From Hoeflea sp. (lineage in GTDB: Bacteria; Pseudomonadota; Alphaproteobacteria; Rhizobiales; Rhizobiaceae), in NCBI RefSeq assembly GCF_040218025.1, contig NZ_JAVJQD010000025.1: a stretch of 64,000 bases of DNA, one strand, 5' to 3'. The position numbers and the translations under genes are program-made. Of this stretch, positions 33,690-42,678 are shown one piece after another; positions within the stretch are counted from its first letter, which is position 1; each line of letters starts with the position of its first letter. The notes under the pieces were generated by a model that worked only from the letters and a program-made list of their open reading frames with translations, did no database searches and was not told the origin of the DNA.

Positions 33690-33888
33690 GTAAATAAGCA
33701 ATCAGGAGCTTCCGGCGATGAACGCCACGAGCAGAACGGCAATGATTCCGTCTCGCTTTGGCACAGTCATATCAAGGCTCAGCTCCAGAAGTCTGCCTGG
33801 GTCGGTTGTCGTTGTGGCGATCGTACCGGGTGAAACGAGAACCCCTGCGCCTGGATGCGTGGGTCATACCCCAAAAAGGATAGATCCG

Positions 33889-34311
33889 ATGAGAAAGCTT
33901 CTTCTTGCCACCGCCGCGATTCTCGCCCTTGCCACCGGCGCCTTTGCGGATGACGCGGGCCACGCTTCGCCCCATGTGGCACTGGGCGACGTCGAATGGT
34001 TCGATGCTCCGATCCCCGGTGTACAGCTTGCCCTTGCGTGGGGCGAAGATGCGACGGGAGCCGCATGGCTGTTCAAGATCGACCCCGGCGTGGAACTGCC
34101 CATGCACATTCACACCCATGATTACTGGGGTCTGACCATTCAGGGCAACTGGGTTCATGTACACGAGGACGGCTCGGAGACTCCGACAGGACCCGGCGAC
34201 TACTCCTTGGTGCGTGGTGGTGATGTTCACGCCGACAAATGCGATGACGCTGCCCCTTGCATCGGCCTGCTTGCTTTCTCCGGCCCCCGGGATGTCGCGC
34301 TTGCGCAATAG
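33889..34311 (+). CDS. exported cupin-domain protein
   Basis: Start chosen at MRKLLLATAAILALATGAFA (signal peptide). Cupin His cluster PMHIHTHDYWGLTIQG...GDVH. An in-frame upstream ATG at 33718 would add 57 aa, so the start is uncertain. Confidence 0.65.
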   Translation: MRKLLLATAAILALATGAFADDAGHASPHVALGDVEWFDAPIPGVQLALAWGEDATGAAWLFKIDPGVELPMHIHTHDYWGLTIQGNWVHVHEDGSETPTGPGDYSLVRGGDVHADKCDDAAPCIGLLAFSGPRDVALAQ

Positions 34312-34392
34312 GTGCCGCCAAGCTTAATCCGAATAGAACGCCCGCCGCCTGAATGCCGGCGGGCGTCCCATCTTGGCTCGACGCGCCGGTGT

Positions 34393-35202
34393 TTATGCCA
34401 CCTCGGCTACCTTCATCGCTTCCACCTGCATAGGCTCAAACCGCATGGAACGCATGCCCGAGGACGTCAGTGTCACGAAGCTGCCGGCGGGGATTTCGTG
34501 CCATTTGGTGTCGGGGTCGTGGAACGGTTCGGAGACCAGGCAGTGCCCGCCATTGCCGCACATCGGCGCCGAATAGAGCGTCGGGGCGTAGGCGTCGGTG
34601 GCGTAGCGGATGGCATGGAGCGTCTCGCCGTCGCTGAAGGCCGAGGTGAACCTGACGAGTGGGCTCAGGCCTGCACGTCCGGCCTCTGCGAGCGTGAAGC
34701 GGATTGTCTCGGCGAAGGCCGCGGCCGGATCGGTCTCGAGGCCGAATTCCAGCGCCAGCAGGAACAGAAGCTCCGAATCCGTCGTGCCGTGCCGGGCGCT
34801 GTAGAGCGGATCGGACAGGGCGGCCTCCATCGGCCGGCGAATCCGCTCGAAGCCGGCGATCTGCCCGTTGTGCATGAAGGACCAGCGTCCGTGAACGAAG
34901 GGATGGCAATTGTCCCGGCTCGTCGCTCCGCCGGTCGAGGCGCGCACATGGGCGAGAAACAGCGGCGAACGGATCTGCCGCGCCAGCGATCTCAAATTGC
35001 AGTCCGACCAGGCGGGCAGCACGTCGCGGTAAAGCCCTGGTTCCGTGTGTTCGCCATACCAGGCGATGCCGAAGCCGTCGCCATTGGTGGCGGTCTTGGC
35101 CTGTGTGGCCTGCTGGGACTGCTCGATCAGGGAATGTCCCGGCGCCGAAACGAGCTGTTCGAGCGGGATCGGCGTTCCTCGGTAGGCGGCCCAGCGGCAC
35201 AT
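34393..35202 (-). CDS. class II (Ntn) glutamine amidotransferase, EgtC/YafJ-like
   Basis: Starts MC (Cys2 nucleophile): MCRWAAYRG...NGDGFGIAWY...HVRASTGG...NCHPF. Confidence 0.85.
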   Translation of the reverse strand: MCRWAAYRGTPIPLEQLVSAPGHSLIEQSQQATQAKTATNGDGFGIAWYGEHTEPGLYRDVLPAWSDCNLRSLARQIRSPLFLAHVRASTGGATSRDNCHPFVHGRWSFMHNGQIAGFERIRRPMEAALSDPLYSARHGTTDSELLFLLALEFGLETDPAAAFAETIRFTLAEAGRAGLSPLVRFTSAFSDGETLHAIRYATDAYAPTLYSAPMCGNGGHCLVSEPFHDPDTKWHEIPAGSFVTLTSSGMRSMRFEPMQVEAMKVAEVA

Positions 35203-35208
35203 GACGGT

Positions 35209-35424
35209 CTATTTGCTCCGGTTGTGCATCCGGTGATGCATGTCGTTGATCATACGGCTTGCAGTTTTCTCAAAGGTGAACGGCAGGATCGCATGAACGA
35301 GCGCGCAGAAGCCGGCGGCGAAAAGCCTGCCCGAGAACTTTCCGGCAAACACGAGGTGCTCGAAATAGGTCTCGTCGACCGACCTGGGGTGATCTGTGAA
35401 AAGGCGTGCGATCTGGTTGCTCAT
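35209..35424 (-). CDS. small conserved hypothetical protein (71 aa, hydrophobic core)
   Basis: ATG 35424 is preceded by GAGGGA. MSNQIARLFTDHPRSVDETYFEHLVFAGKFSGRLFAAGFCALVHAILPF. Lies 6 nt upstream of the amidotransferase gene. I suspect a DUF-type family but cannot verify it. Confidence 0.5.
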   Translation of the reverse strand: MSNQIARLFTDHPRSVDETYFEHLVFAGKFSGRLFAAGFCALVHAILPFTFEKTASRMINDMHHRMHNRSK

Positions 35425-35556
35425 GGGATGTCCCTCTACTTGTCCGCCCCGCTGCTGCGTCCCGGGGCCATTGTGGTGACAGAATAGCCGGGGCGAGCGG
35501 GAGAAGTGTCCCGAATGTCCTTTGAATATGAGAAAATATGGGATAAACATCCCATC

Positions 35557-36030
35557 ATGCATCAGATTGACGATATCGACGTGCGAATTCTCAGCCATCT
35601 TCAGCGCGATGGCACCCTGTCTGTCGAAGCGCTGTCGGAGCGCGTCCACCTGTCGCGCAACGCCTGCTGGCGCCGGGTCAGGCAGCTTGAGGAGCGCGGG
35701 CTGATCCGTGACCGTGTCGCCATTCTCGATGCCGAGGCCGCCGGCTGCGGCCTCTCGGTGTTCATCTTCGTGCGTGCGGCGAGCCACGATGCGGAGTGGC
35801 TCGCGAAATTCCGGGAGGCGGTGGGGGCCTTTCCTGAGATCGTCGGCGTCTACCGCACCTCCGGTGATCTCGATTACGTGCTGCGCGCCCGGGTCTCGGA
35901 TGTGAAGGCCTATGACAGGCTCTATCAGCGGCTGATCGCCAGGGTGCGGCTGGCCGACGTCTCCGCCTCCTTCGTGATGGAGGAAATCAAGGAGACCACT
36001 GCAATCCCGCTCTCGGCGCTCGGGCGCTAG
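35557..36030 (+). CDS. Lrp/AsnC-family transcriptional regulator
   Basis: MHQIDDIDVRILSHLQRDGTLSVEALSERVHLSRNACWRRVRQLEERGLI plus a RAM-like C-terminal domain. Confidence 0.9.
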   Translation: MHQIDDIDVRILSHLQRDGTLSVEALSERVHLSRNACWRRVRQLEERGLIRDRVAILDAEAAGCGLSVFIFVRAASHDAEWLAKFREAVGAFPEIVGVYRTSGDLDYVLRARVSDVKAYDRLYQRLIARVRLADVSASFVMEEIKETTAIPLSALGR

Positions 36031-36130
36031 CGCATGTCCCGCTCAAACCGAAGGTTTGGGCGAAAGGCACATGCGCCACCAAGGATCGCATGTCCCGCTC
36101 AAACCGCAGGTTTGGGCGAAAGGCACGTGC
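36031..36130. repeat. two tandem 44-nt hairpin-forming repeat units (56-bp period)
   Basis: CGCATGTCCCGCTCAAACCGaAGGTTTGGGCGAAAGGCACaTGC at 36031-36074 and again at 36087-36130, with 2 mismatches. Each unit can fold (CGCTCAAACC/GGTTTGGGCG and GCATGT/ACATGC). Confidence 0.85.
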
Positions 36131-36166
36131 TCGGTCCGGACCGGCTCGGAAGCCGGCGCGTTTCTG

Positions 36167-36430
36167 TCACGCGCTGGGCGTGCGTCCCAGTGCGGCGCTG
36201 CCGCCGCCATCGGCGCTTTCGCGCTTGACCTTTGAAATCGCGATGTTGAGCGAGGCCATGCGCTGTTCCACCTGCTCGAGGTCGGTGGCGCCGCGGCCGG
36301 TCTGGCGCTCCAGATCGAACTTCATCTCGTTGAGCCGGTCGAGCTTCTCCTGCCGCGAGAACGAGCCGTGCTCGGCGATGGTCTCGGGCGTAAAATCCTT
36401 CTCGGTCATCAGGTCGGGTTTGTTGGTCAT
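36167..36430 (-). CDS. hypothetical small protein (87 aa)
   Basis: Strong SD AAGGAG 6 nt before ATG 36430. Charged, coiled-coil-like sequence (EKLDRLNEMKFDLERQTGRGATDLEQVEQRMASLNIAISKVK). No family recognised. Confidence 0.55.
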   Translation of the reverse strand: MTNKPDLMTEKDFTPETIAEHGSFSRQEKLDRLNEMKFDLERQTGRGATDLEQVEQRMASLNIAISKVKRESADGGGSAALGRTPSA

Positions 36431-36706
36431 CGGTATCTCCTTTCGTGGCGGTATCCATCAGGCGATACAGGAGTAACGAGTGGCGCGCGGCGTGGTTCCC
36501 GTCCGGCTTTGGCCGTCCATCCCTTCGCATGTGCACAGCCGGCGGTCCGCGTGGGGTGCGAAAGGTGCCTGCGATTGAACAATCCGTCTCCGGATCGCGG
36601 CTTAAAAACCGGACCCGGCTTGGCTACGTATAGGGCAACACAAAGCTTGCCGGTCCCTGTTCGAACTCTCGGACACAGTCACCGGCTCCACCTCAAGGAG
36701 ATTGCC

Positions 36707-37618
36707 ATGTCCATCAGGCCAGTTCGCCACGAAGCCCCCGCAGTCCCGCATCTTGAAGGCGCGGGCGTGCAGCTCAGGCGTGCCTTCGGTTTTGACGATC
36801 CGTCGCTGACCGATCCCTTCCTTCTGTTTGACGATTTCCGCAACGAGCGGCCGGAGAACTACATCAAGGGGTTCCCTTGGCACCCGCATCGCGGCATCGA
36901 GACGATTACCTATGTGCTGGCTGGCACCGTCGATCACGGCGACAGCCTCGGCAACACCGGCTCGCTCGGCGCGGGTGACGTGCAGTGGATGACGGCCGGC
37001 CGCGGCATCATGCACCAGGAAATGCCAAAGGGCGACGCCAACGGCCGCATGCACGGCTTTCAGCTCTGGGCCAACCTGCCCTCGTCGATGAAGATGACCG
37101 AGCCGCGCTACCAGGACGTCACCTCCAACGACATCCCGGTCGAGGTCGATGACGACGGCACCGCCGCCCGCATCATCTGCGGCGAGTTCTGGGGCAAGCG
37201 CGGCCCGGTCGACGGCATCGCCGCCGATCCGTCCTATGTCGACATCTCGGTGCCGCCCGGCAAGCGGAAAACCTTCAAGGTCGATGCCTACCGGTCCGCC
37301 TTCGCCTACATCTTCGCAGGCTCCGGCACTTTCCGCGATGCATCGAAGCCCTTCGGCGTGCTGGTCGAGAAGGAAGTCGAGGGCGAGGAGATCCAGATCC
37401 GCGACATGTCGGGCGACCGCACGCTCGTGGTCTTCGATACCGGCGACGAGATCACGGTTCAGGCCGGCGACGAAGGCATCCGCTTCCTGCTGGTCTCAGG
37501 CAAGCCGATCCAGGAGCCGGTGGCCTGGCACGGCCCGATCGTCATGAACACCCGCCAGGAACTCATCCAGGCCGTCACCGAGCTGCAGAACGGAACCTTC
37601 ATCCGCCCGACTGCCTGA
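36707..37618 (+). CDS. pirin-family protein (quercetin 2,3-dioxygenase-like)
   Basis: AAGGAG SD. GFPWHPHRGIETITYVLAGTVDHGDSLGN...VQWMTAGRGIMHQEMP. Confidence 0.93.
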   Translation: MSIRPVRHEAPAVPHLEGAGVQLRRAFGFDDPSLTDPFLLFDDFRNERPENYIKGFPWHPHRGIETITYVLAGTVDHGDSLGNTGSLGAGDVQWMTAGRGIMHQEMPKGDANGRMHGFQLWANLPSSMKMTEPRYQDVTSNDIPVEVDDDGTAARIICGEFWGKRGPVDGIAADPSYVDISVPPGKRKTFKVDAYRSAFAYIFAGSGTFRDASKPFGVLVEKEVEGEEIQIRDMSGDRTLVVFDTGDEITVQAGDEGIRFLLVSGKPIQEPVAWHGPIVMNTRQELIQAVTELQNGTFIRPTA

Positions 37619-37664
37619 GCGCCGGACCGTCTGACGCGCTGGCGCACTGCCGGACCGAACAATG

Positions 37665-37695
37665 AATGCCGGGCTTGGGTCCGGCATTTTTGTTT
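37665..37695 (+). terminator. intrinsic terminator after the pirin gene
   Basis: TGCCGG ... CCGGCA stem (37667-37686) followed by TTTTTGTTT. Confidence 0.6.
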
Positions 37696-37811
37696 CGCGG
37701 CCCCTTGCTGTTCACTTGGTTGTGGATCCGCGGCCGACCTCGATTGCATATCATTCACCCAAAGGGTTGACTATTTTGCGAACAGTATATATTCAACCAG
37801 TAGGGTGAATA

Positions 37812-38147
37812 ATGGATGACGAAGCTCTGTCGCGCATTCTCAAGGCCGCCGGTGACACCAACCGGCGAAAGATTCTGACGCTCCTTGTTCAGGAGGGCGC
37901 GTTGAGGGTGACAGCGCTCGCCGCCCATTTCGACATGTCGCTGAACTCCGTTTCCAAGCACATCAAGGTGCTGGAGGAAGCGGGGCTCGTCACCCGCAGG
38001 ACTTTGGGCCGGGAGCATTTCATTGCCGCCGAGCTCGAACCGCTGAGGCTGACTGAGGGCTGGTTCGGGCAACTCAAGTCCATCTGGGAGTTGCGCCTTG
38101 CGGCGCTTGAAGATGCACTCGTTTCAAAGGATGACGACAATGACTGA
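37812..38147 (+). CDS. ArsR/SmtB-family transcriptional regulator
   Basis: LKAAGDTNRRKILTLLVQEGALRVTALAAHFDMSLNSVSKHIKVLEEAGLV. Confidence 0.88.
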   Translation: MDDEALSRILKAAGDTNRRKILTLLVQEGALRVTALAAHFDMSLNSVSKHIKVLEEAGLVTRRTLGREHFIAAELEPLRLTEGWFGQLKSIWELRLAALEDALVSKDDDND

Positions 38148-38577
38148 CACGATCCGGGACCTCGAACTGACCGTAAGGCGCAGGATTCCCGCGCCGCGCA
38201 CGAAGGTCTTCGACGCCTGGCTTTCGCCAGGCATGCTGGAAAAATTCATGCGTCCGCCCGGCAGTGACATGCCGTCGAGGGCCACCAGCGACCCGGTCAA
38301 GGGCGGCCGCTTCTCCATCATCATGACGACGCCGGAAAAGGAGATCCCGCACACGGGCACCTATCTGGAAATCGATCCGCACTCGCGGCTGTCCTTCACA
38401 TGGGAATCCCCGCATTCGCTCGAGGATAGCGTCGTCACCCTCGATTTCGCCGAGCCCGAACCGGGCGTCACCGAAATCACGCTGCACCAGGTAAAGTTCC
38501 GCAGCGAAGACGCGCGCGACGGTCACGTCAAAGGCTGGACCGCCATCCTCGACTGTCTTGAGAAGGCCTTGGGATAA
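38140..38577 (+). CDS. SRPBCC (AHSA1/START-like) domain protein
   Basis: Its start overlaps the ArsR stop by 8 nt. LELTVRRRIPAPRTKVFDAWLSPGMLEKFM...HTGTYLEIDPHSRLSFTW. ArsR-SRPBCC is a common pair. Confidence 0.85.
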   Translation: MTDTIRDLELTVRRRIPAPRTKVFDAWLSPGMLEKFMRPPGSDMPSRATSDPVKGGRFSIIMTTPEKEIPHTGTYLEIDPHSRLSFTWESPHSLEDSVVTLDFAEPEPGVTEITLHQVKFRSEDARDGHVKGWTAILDCLEKALG

Positions 38578-38740
38578 ACCAACATCCACGGTCTCGCTTT
38601 GCGGGCCCATTGGTGGGCCGGCCATGCGATCAGATTGCTTGACTGACATGGCCCGGTGTTTCGCGCACCGGGCCTTTGTTGCGCTTGACAAGTTAGATAT
38701 CGAACGATAATAGTAAGACATCTAACCATAGGAGATGATC

Positions 38741-39889
38741 ATGCAACGCAGGCAGTTTCTCTCGATCCTCGGTGGCGGCGTCGTCCTTGCGGCCGCTGCC
38801 GGCACGGGTTTCGCCCTTACCCGCACCCCCGCAAAAGCCCTCGAGCCATGGAGCCTTGCAGGCGCAAGCCCCTATTCCGAGCCGCGGATGCGGGCCCTGT
38901 CCTATGCAATCCTGGCGCCCAACCCGCACAACCGGCAGCCCTGGCAGGTCGAACTTCGCGGCGAGGACACCGTGGTCCTCACCGTCGATCTCGATCGGCT
39001 CCTCCCGCACACCGATCCCTTCAGCCGCCAGATCACCATCGGTCTGGGCTGCTTCCTCGAACTCATGACCATGGCCGCCGCCGAGACCGGCCACCGGGTC
39101 GATCTGGAGCTCTTCCCGGGAGGCTCCGATCCCGAGCGCCTGACCGCCGCGCCCGTCGCCATCGCCCGCTTCGTCTCCGATCCTTCGGTCCGGCCCGATC
39201 CGCTGTTCGCCCATGTCATGGCGCGCAGATCCAACAAGGAACCTTATGATACTGCCCGCCCCGTACCGGACGCGGCACTTTCCGCCGTGCTTGCTTCGGC
39301 GCGGCATGGCGGCCGGCTCGGCGGCGCCAATGATCCCGCCGAGGTCGCTTCCTGGCGCGCGCTCACCGAGCAAGCGCTGCAGATCGAGATCGACACGCCC
39401 CGCACCTACAAGGAGAGCGTCGACCTGTTCCGCATCGGCAAGGCCGAGGTCAACGCCAATCCCGACGGCATCGATTTCTCGGGTCCGATGTTCGAAGGCC
39501 TGGCGCTGATCGGCCAGTTCAGCCGCGAAGTGGCGCTCGACCGCACTTCCATGGGCTTCAAGCAGGGCGAGGCCGCTGTCATCGAGAACACCCGCACCGC
39601 CATGGCCCATGTCTGGATGGTCACACCCGGCAACAGCCGCGCCGACCAGATCGCTGCCGGACGCGACTGGCTGCGCGCCAATCTCGCCGCCACCGGCGAG
39701 GGCCTGGGCTTCCAGCCGCTGAGCCAGGCGCTGCAGGAATATCCGGAGATGGCCGCGCTTTACGAGGATGTCCACACCCGCCTTGCGCCCGATGGCGGGA
39801 CGGTTCAAATGCTGGTCAGGCTCGGTTATGGTCCCGAGGTTGCCGTCAGCCCGCGCTGGCCGCTGGAGGCCAAACTCATGGAGGCGTAA
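38741..39889 (+). CDS. Tat-signal Acg-type nitroreductase-family protein
   Basis: ATG 38741 lies 6 nt after AGGAG. Twin-arginine motif QRRQFLSILGGG. APNPHNRQPWQV is a nitroreductase-fold signature. Confidence 0.8.
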   Translation: MQRRQFLSILGGGVVLAAAAGTGFALTRTPAKALEPWSLAGASPYSEPRMRALSYAILAPNPHNRQPWQVELRGEDTVVLTVDLDRLLPHTDPFSRQITIGLGCFLELMTMAAAETGHRVDLELFPGGSDPERLTAAPVAIARFVSDPSVRPDPLFAHVMARRSNKEPYDTARPVPDAALSAVLASARHGGRLGGANDPAEVASWRALTEQALQIEIDTPRTYKESVDLFRIGKAEVNANPDGIDFSGPMFEGLALIGQFSREVALDRTSMGFKQGEAAVIENTRTAMAHVWMVTPGNSRADQIAAGRDWLRANLAATGEGLGFQPLSQALQEYPEMAALYEDVHTRLAPDGGTVQMLVRLGYGPEVAVSPRWPLEAKLMEA

Positions 39890-39894
39890 CCCCG

Positions 39895-40377
39895 ATGACT
39901 GCCGATCCCGACACCGGCGCCGGCGCCGGCCCCGAACGCGGGACCGTCTTCGCCTTCTTCAACGAGATCGGCATCATCGCGCAGCTCTCCCAGGCGCTGC
40001 TCGGCAAGGTTCTGCCCGATGGCGTGCACCCCTCGCACTTCGCCATCATGAACCATCTGGTGCGCCTGGGCGACGGCAAGCCGCCGGTGCGCATCGCCTC
40101 CGCCATGCAGGTGACCAAGGCCACCATGACCCATTCGCTCGCCGTTCTGGAAAGGCGCGGCCTGATCGAGACCCGCCCGAGCGCCGAGGATGCCCGTTCA
40201 AAGCTCGTCTACCTCACTGTAGCAGGCCGGTCCTTCCACGCCGAGGCCATCGCCGGCGCCAACCGCGCTTTCGGCCGCATCGTCGGGGAACCGGAACTTC
40301 AAACCATGCGGGAATGCATTCCCGCCCTTGTCGAGATCCGCAAGCTGCTCGACGAAAACCGCGATCCGGGCGAATGA
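39895..40377 (+). CDS. MarR-family transcriptional regulator
   Basis: Starts 5 nt after the preceding gene. HFAIMNHLVRLGDGKPPVRIASAMQVTKATMTHSLAVLERRGLIETR. Confidence 0.88.
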   Translation: MTADPDTGAGAGPERGTVFAFFNEIGIIAQLSQALLGKVLPDGVHPSHFAIMNHLVRLGDGKPPVRIASAMQVTKATMTHSLAVLERRGLIETRPSAEDARSKLVYLTVAGRSFHAEAIAGANRAFGRIVGEPELQTMRECIPALVEIRKLLDENRDPGE

Positions 40378-40603
40378 GAGAGCTTCCGTGATGGGAGCAG
40401 GCGGAAAAATGTCCGATTGTGCGCGCCGACCGACCAAGGCTGGCATCCCGTTGCGACACATTCGCGGGCTCAGATGCGGCCAGGATCAATCGGAATGGGC
40501 CTTTCCGTCGAGTGATCCCCTGCGTCGTCAAAACGGGTTTCGTGCTGCTGGCCGCACTCGGTTCCCGGCTTCTGCAGTCACATGTCTCATGGAAGAAATT
40601 CGA

Positions 40604-40635
40604 ATCGCCGCCTTCTCTTTCGAGAAAGCGGCGAT
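40604..40635 (-). terminator. hairpin downstream of the fasciclin gene
   Basis: ATCGCCGC ... GCGGCGAT stem (40604-40611 / 40628-40635). On the minus strand it is followed by a partly T-rich tract. Confidence 0.4.
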
Positions 40636-40662
40636 CGGTTTCGACCTCGGCCGAAGCGTCCG

Positions 40663-41223
40663 CTATTTCGGCAGAAGCACCTTGTTGATCACGTGAATGA
40701 CGCCGTTGGACTGGTTGACATCGGCAATGGTGACCTTTGCGGCGCCGCCGCTTTCATCGAAGATATAAAGGTTCTTCCCCTTGATGACGGCAGTCAGCGC
40801 ATCGCCGGAAACGGTCTGCATGTTGTAGCGGCCACCATTGGCCTTCGCCCTGCGGACAAGGTCGGCGCTCGACAGGTCGCCGCTCACCACATGGGCAGTC
40901 AGCACCTTGGTCAGCGTGTCCTTGTTCTCGGGTTTCAGCAACGTTTCGACCGTGCCGTCGGGCAGCATCTCGAACCCGGCATTGACGGGCGCGAATACGG
41001 TGAAGGGACCGGCGGTCTGGAGCGTATCGACCAGACCCGCAGCCTTCACGGCAGCAACGAGCGTCGTGTGGTCCTTCGAGTTGACGGCGTTCTCGACAAT
41101 GTTCTTGTCAGCAAACATGGCGGCGCCGCCGACCATGGGGTTCTGCGCAACAGCAGAAGTGACGCCGAAGGCGGAGACGATGGTGAAGAGGCTGGCGAAT
41201 GCAGTCTTGCGTGCGAGTGTCAT
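40663..41223 (-). CDS. secreted fasciclin (FAS1) domain protein
   Basis: Signal peptide, then NIVENAVNSKDHTTLVAAVKAAGLVDTL...GPFTVFAPVNAGF...SNGVIHVINKVLLP. Confidence 0.9.
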   Translation of the reverse strand: MTLARKTAFASLFTIVSAFGVTSAVAQNPMVGGAAMFADKNIVENAVNSKDHTTLVAAVKAAGLVDTLQTAGPFTVFAPVNAGFEMLPDGTVETLLKPENKDTLTKVLTAHVVSGDLSSADLVRRAKANGGRYNMQTVSGDALTAVIKGKNLYIFDESGGAAKVTIADVNQSNGVIHVINKVLLPK

Positions 41224-41454
41224 GAGTTTCTCTCCCGGTTTTTCAGTTGAACAACCGGATAGACGGCAGCCCGGGACAGAAAGTTTCAGGTGGTGAAAAA
41301 AAGCTTGGCCAGGGTGAGATGGCCAGACCTCTCGGATTGCCGCTCATCGGAGCGCGGGTCGGAACAGAAATGCTGCCTCGAAGGCCCAACGTGGCGACGG
41401 ATATGGACCGGGACACACAACGCCGGCTGCGCGATCGAGCTTGGGTTTTCGCCA

Positions 41455-41496
41455 GCCGCCGTCATCAAGCCGCCGTCATCAAGCCGCCGTCATCAG
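41455..41496. repeat. 14-bp x 3 intergenic tandem repeat
   Basis: GCCGCCGTCATCAA repeated at 41455-41468, 41469-41482 and 41483-41496 (last base G in the third copy). The unit length is not a multiple of 3. Confidence 0.9.
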
Positions 41497-41643
41497 GCCG
41501 TCGGCCAGGCGCGCGTCCCTTTGCGGTCATCTGCATGCTTGCAAAGCGGACGTCTGCTGTTTGGCTGTATTGGGCCCCTGGTCACCCGGCTCTTGACATG
41601 ATGCCGGAATTCTTCAGGAGTTGCCCAGACAAAGAGCGCAACA

Positions 41644-42534
41644 GTGACATCTCAACGGCTGCCCATCATCGTTACAATTGTTGCGGCTTCCGCATGGGGT
41701 TTGTTCTGGCTCCCGTTGCGCGCATTCGAAGCACACGGTCTGGCCGCCGGTTGGGCAACGCTTGCGATCTTTGTCACACCGGCGGTCTTGATGTTGCCGT
41801 TGGCAGTGCTGCGCTTCGCCCGAAACCTGCCCACAGGCGTTGGAAACGCGACAACAGGGCTTCTGGTCGGAGGAGCGGTCGCACTCTATTCTGAAAGCGT
41901 CCTGCACACGGACGTTGCGCGTGCCCTTATTCTTTTTTACGTCACACCGGTCTGGAGCACGATCCTCGAAGTCACCCTTCTGAAGCGACGCTTGACAGCA
42001 TCGCGCACGACGGCACTGGTTCTCGGCCTGGGTGGCCTGATAACGATACTTGGCGGGAGAACAGGTGTTCCGGTTCCGCAGAACGCGGGAGATGCACTCG
42101 CACTTCTTGCCGGAATGGTCTGGGCATACGGTTCGATGCAGGTTCGGGCAAACCCCGCAGTCGGGATATTCGAGACGGTCTTCTCGTTTTTTCTCTATGG
42201 CGGCCTGGTGGCCTTCGTCATCGCGCGTCTGCCAATCGGGGTAAACAATCACCCGCCCGGCTGGGCGGAGCTCGTCGGTCTCTTGCCCTGGCTGGCCCTG
42301 GCGACGGTCGGATTCCTGATACCCGTCATGTGGGGGCTTTTATGGGGGTCAAAGCATATCGATGCAGGTCGGTTGGGCATTCTTCTGCAAATGGAGGCGG
42401 TCGTCGGTATCGGCAGCGCTGCCGTGCTGACTGACGAGCCGTTTGGGCTCGTGGAGATCATCGGAACCTTGCTGGTCGTTGGCGCCGGGGTCGTCGATGT
42501 TGCGGGAGAGAGGACTGGACCCGGGAGGATCTGA
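41644..42534 (+). CDS. DMT-superfamily (EamA-like) transporter
   Basis: GTG start; about 10 hydrophobic helices. The start codon is uncertain. Confidence 0.75.
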   Translation: MTSQRLPIIVTIVAASAWGLFWLPLRAFEAHGLAAGWATLAIFVTPAVLMLPLAVLRFARNLPTGVGNATTGLLVGGAVALYSESVLHTDVARALILFYVTPVWSTILEVTLLKRRLTASRTTALVLGLGGLITILGGRTGVPVPQNAGDALALLAGMVWAYGSMQVRANPAVGIFETVFSFFLYGGLVAFVIARLPIGVNNHPPGWAELVGLLPWLALATVGFLIPVMWGLLWGSKHIDAGRLGILLQMEAVVGIGSAAVLTDEPFGLVEIIGTLLVVGAGVVDVAGERTGPGRI

Positions 42535-42678
42535 AAGACCATCCTCGGGACTTTCCGGAGGAAGCCGTTCAGCCGTTGACTGTGTTGGCGTTCAGACTGG
42601 TCATGGGCTTTCCCGACAATCGGTTTGGGCGCGCAACATGGTCGCGCCGACCCTTTTGCTCTTGAAGCAGATCCGGCC

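Noticed and set aside
33718-33888. Upstream ATG 33718 as the true start of the cupin protein (197-aa form)
   Set aside because: It would place 57 non-hydrophobic residues in front of an obvious signal peptide (MRKLLLATAAILALATGAFA). The 33889 start is preferred, but the upstream start is kept as an alternative in the findings.
35209-35787. 192-aa minus-strand ORF extending the small 71-aa protein upstream across the Lrp gene
   Set aside because: The extension is antisense to a motif-complete Lrp/AsnC gene. The internal ATG at 35424 has its own SD, so only the 71-aa C-terminal part is called.
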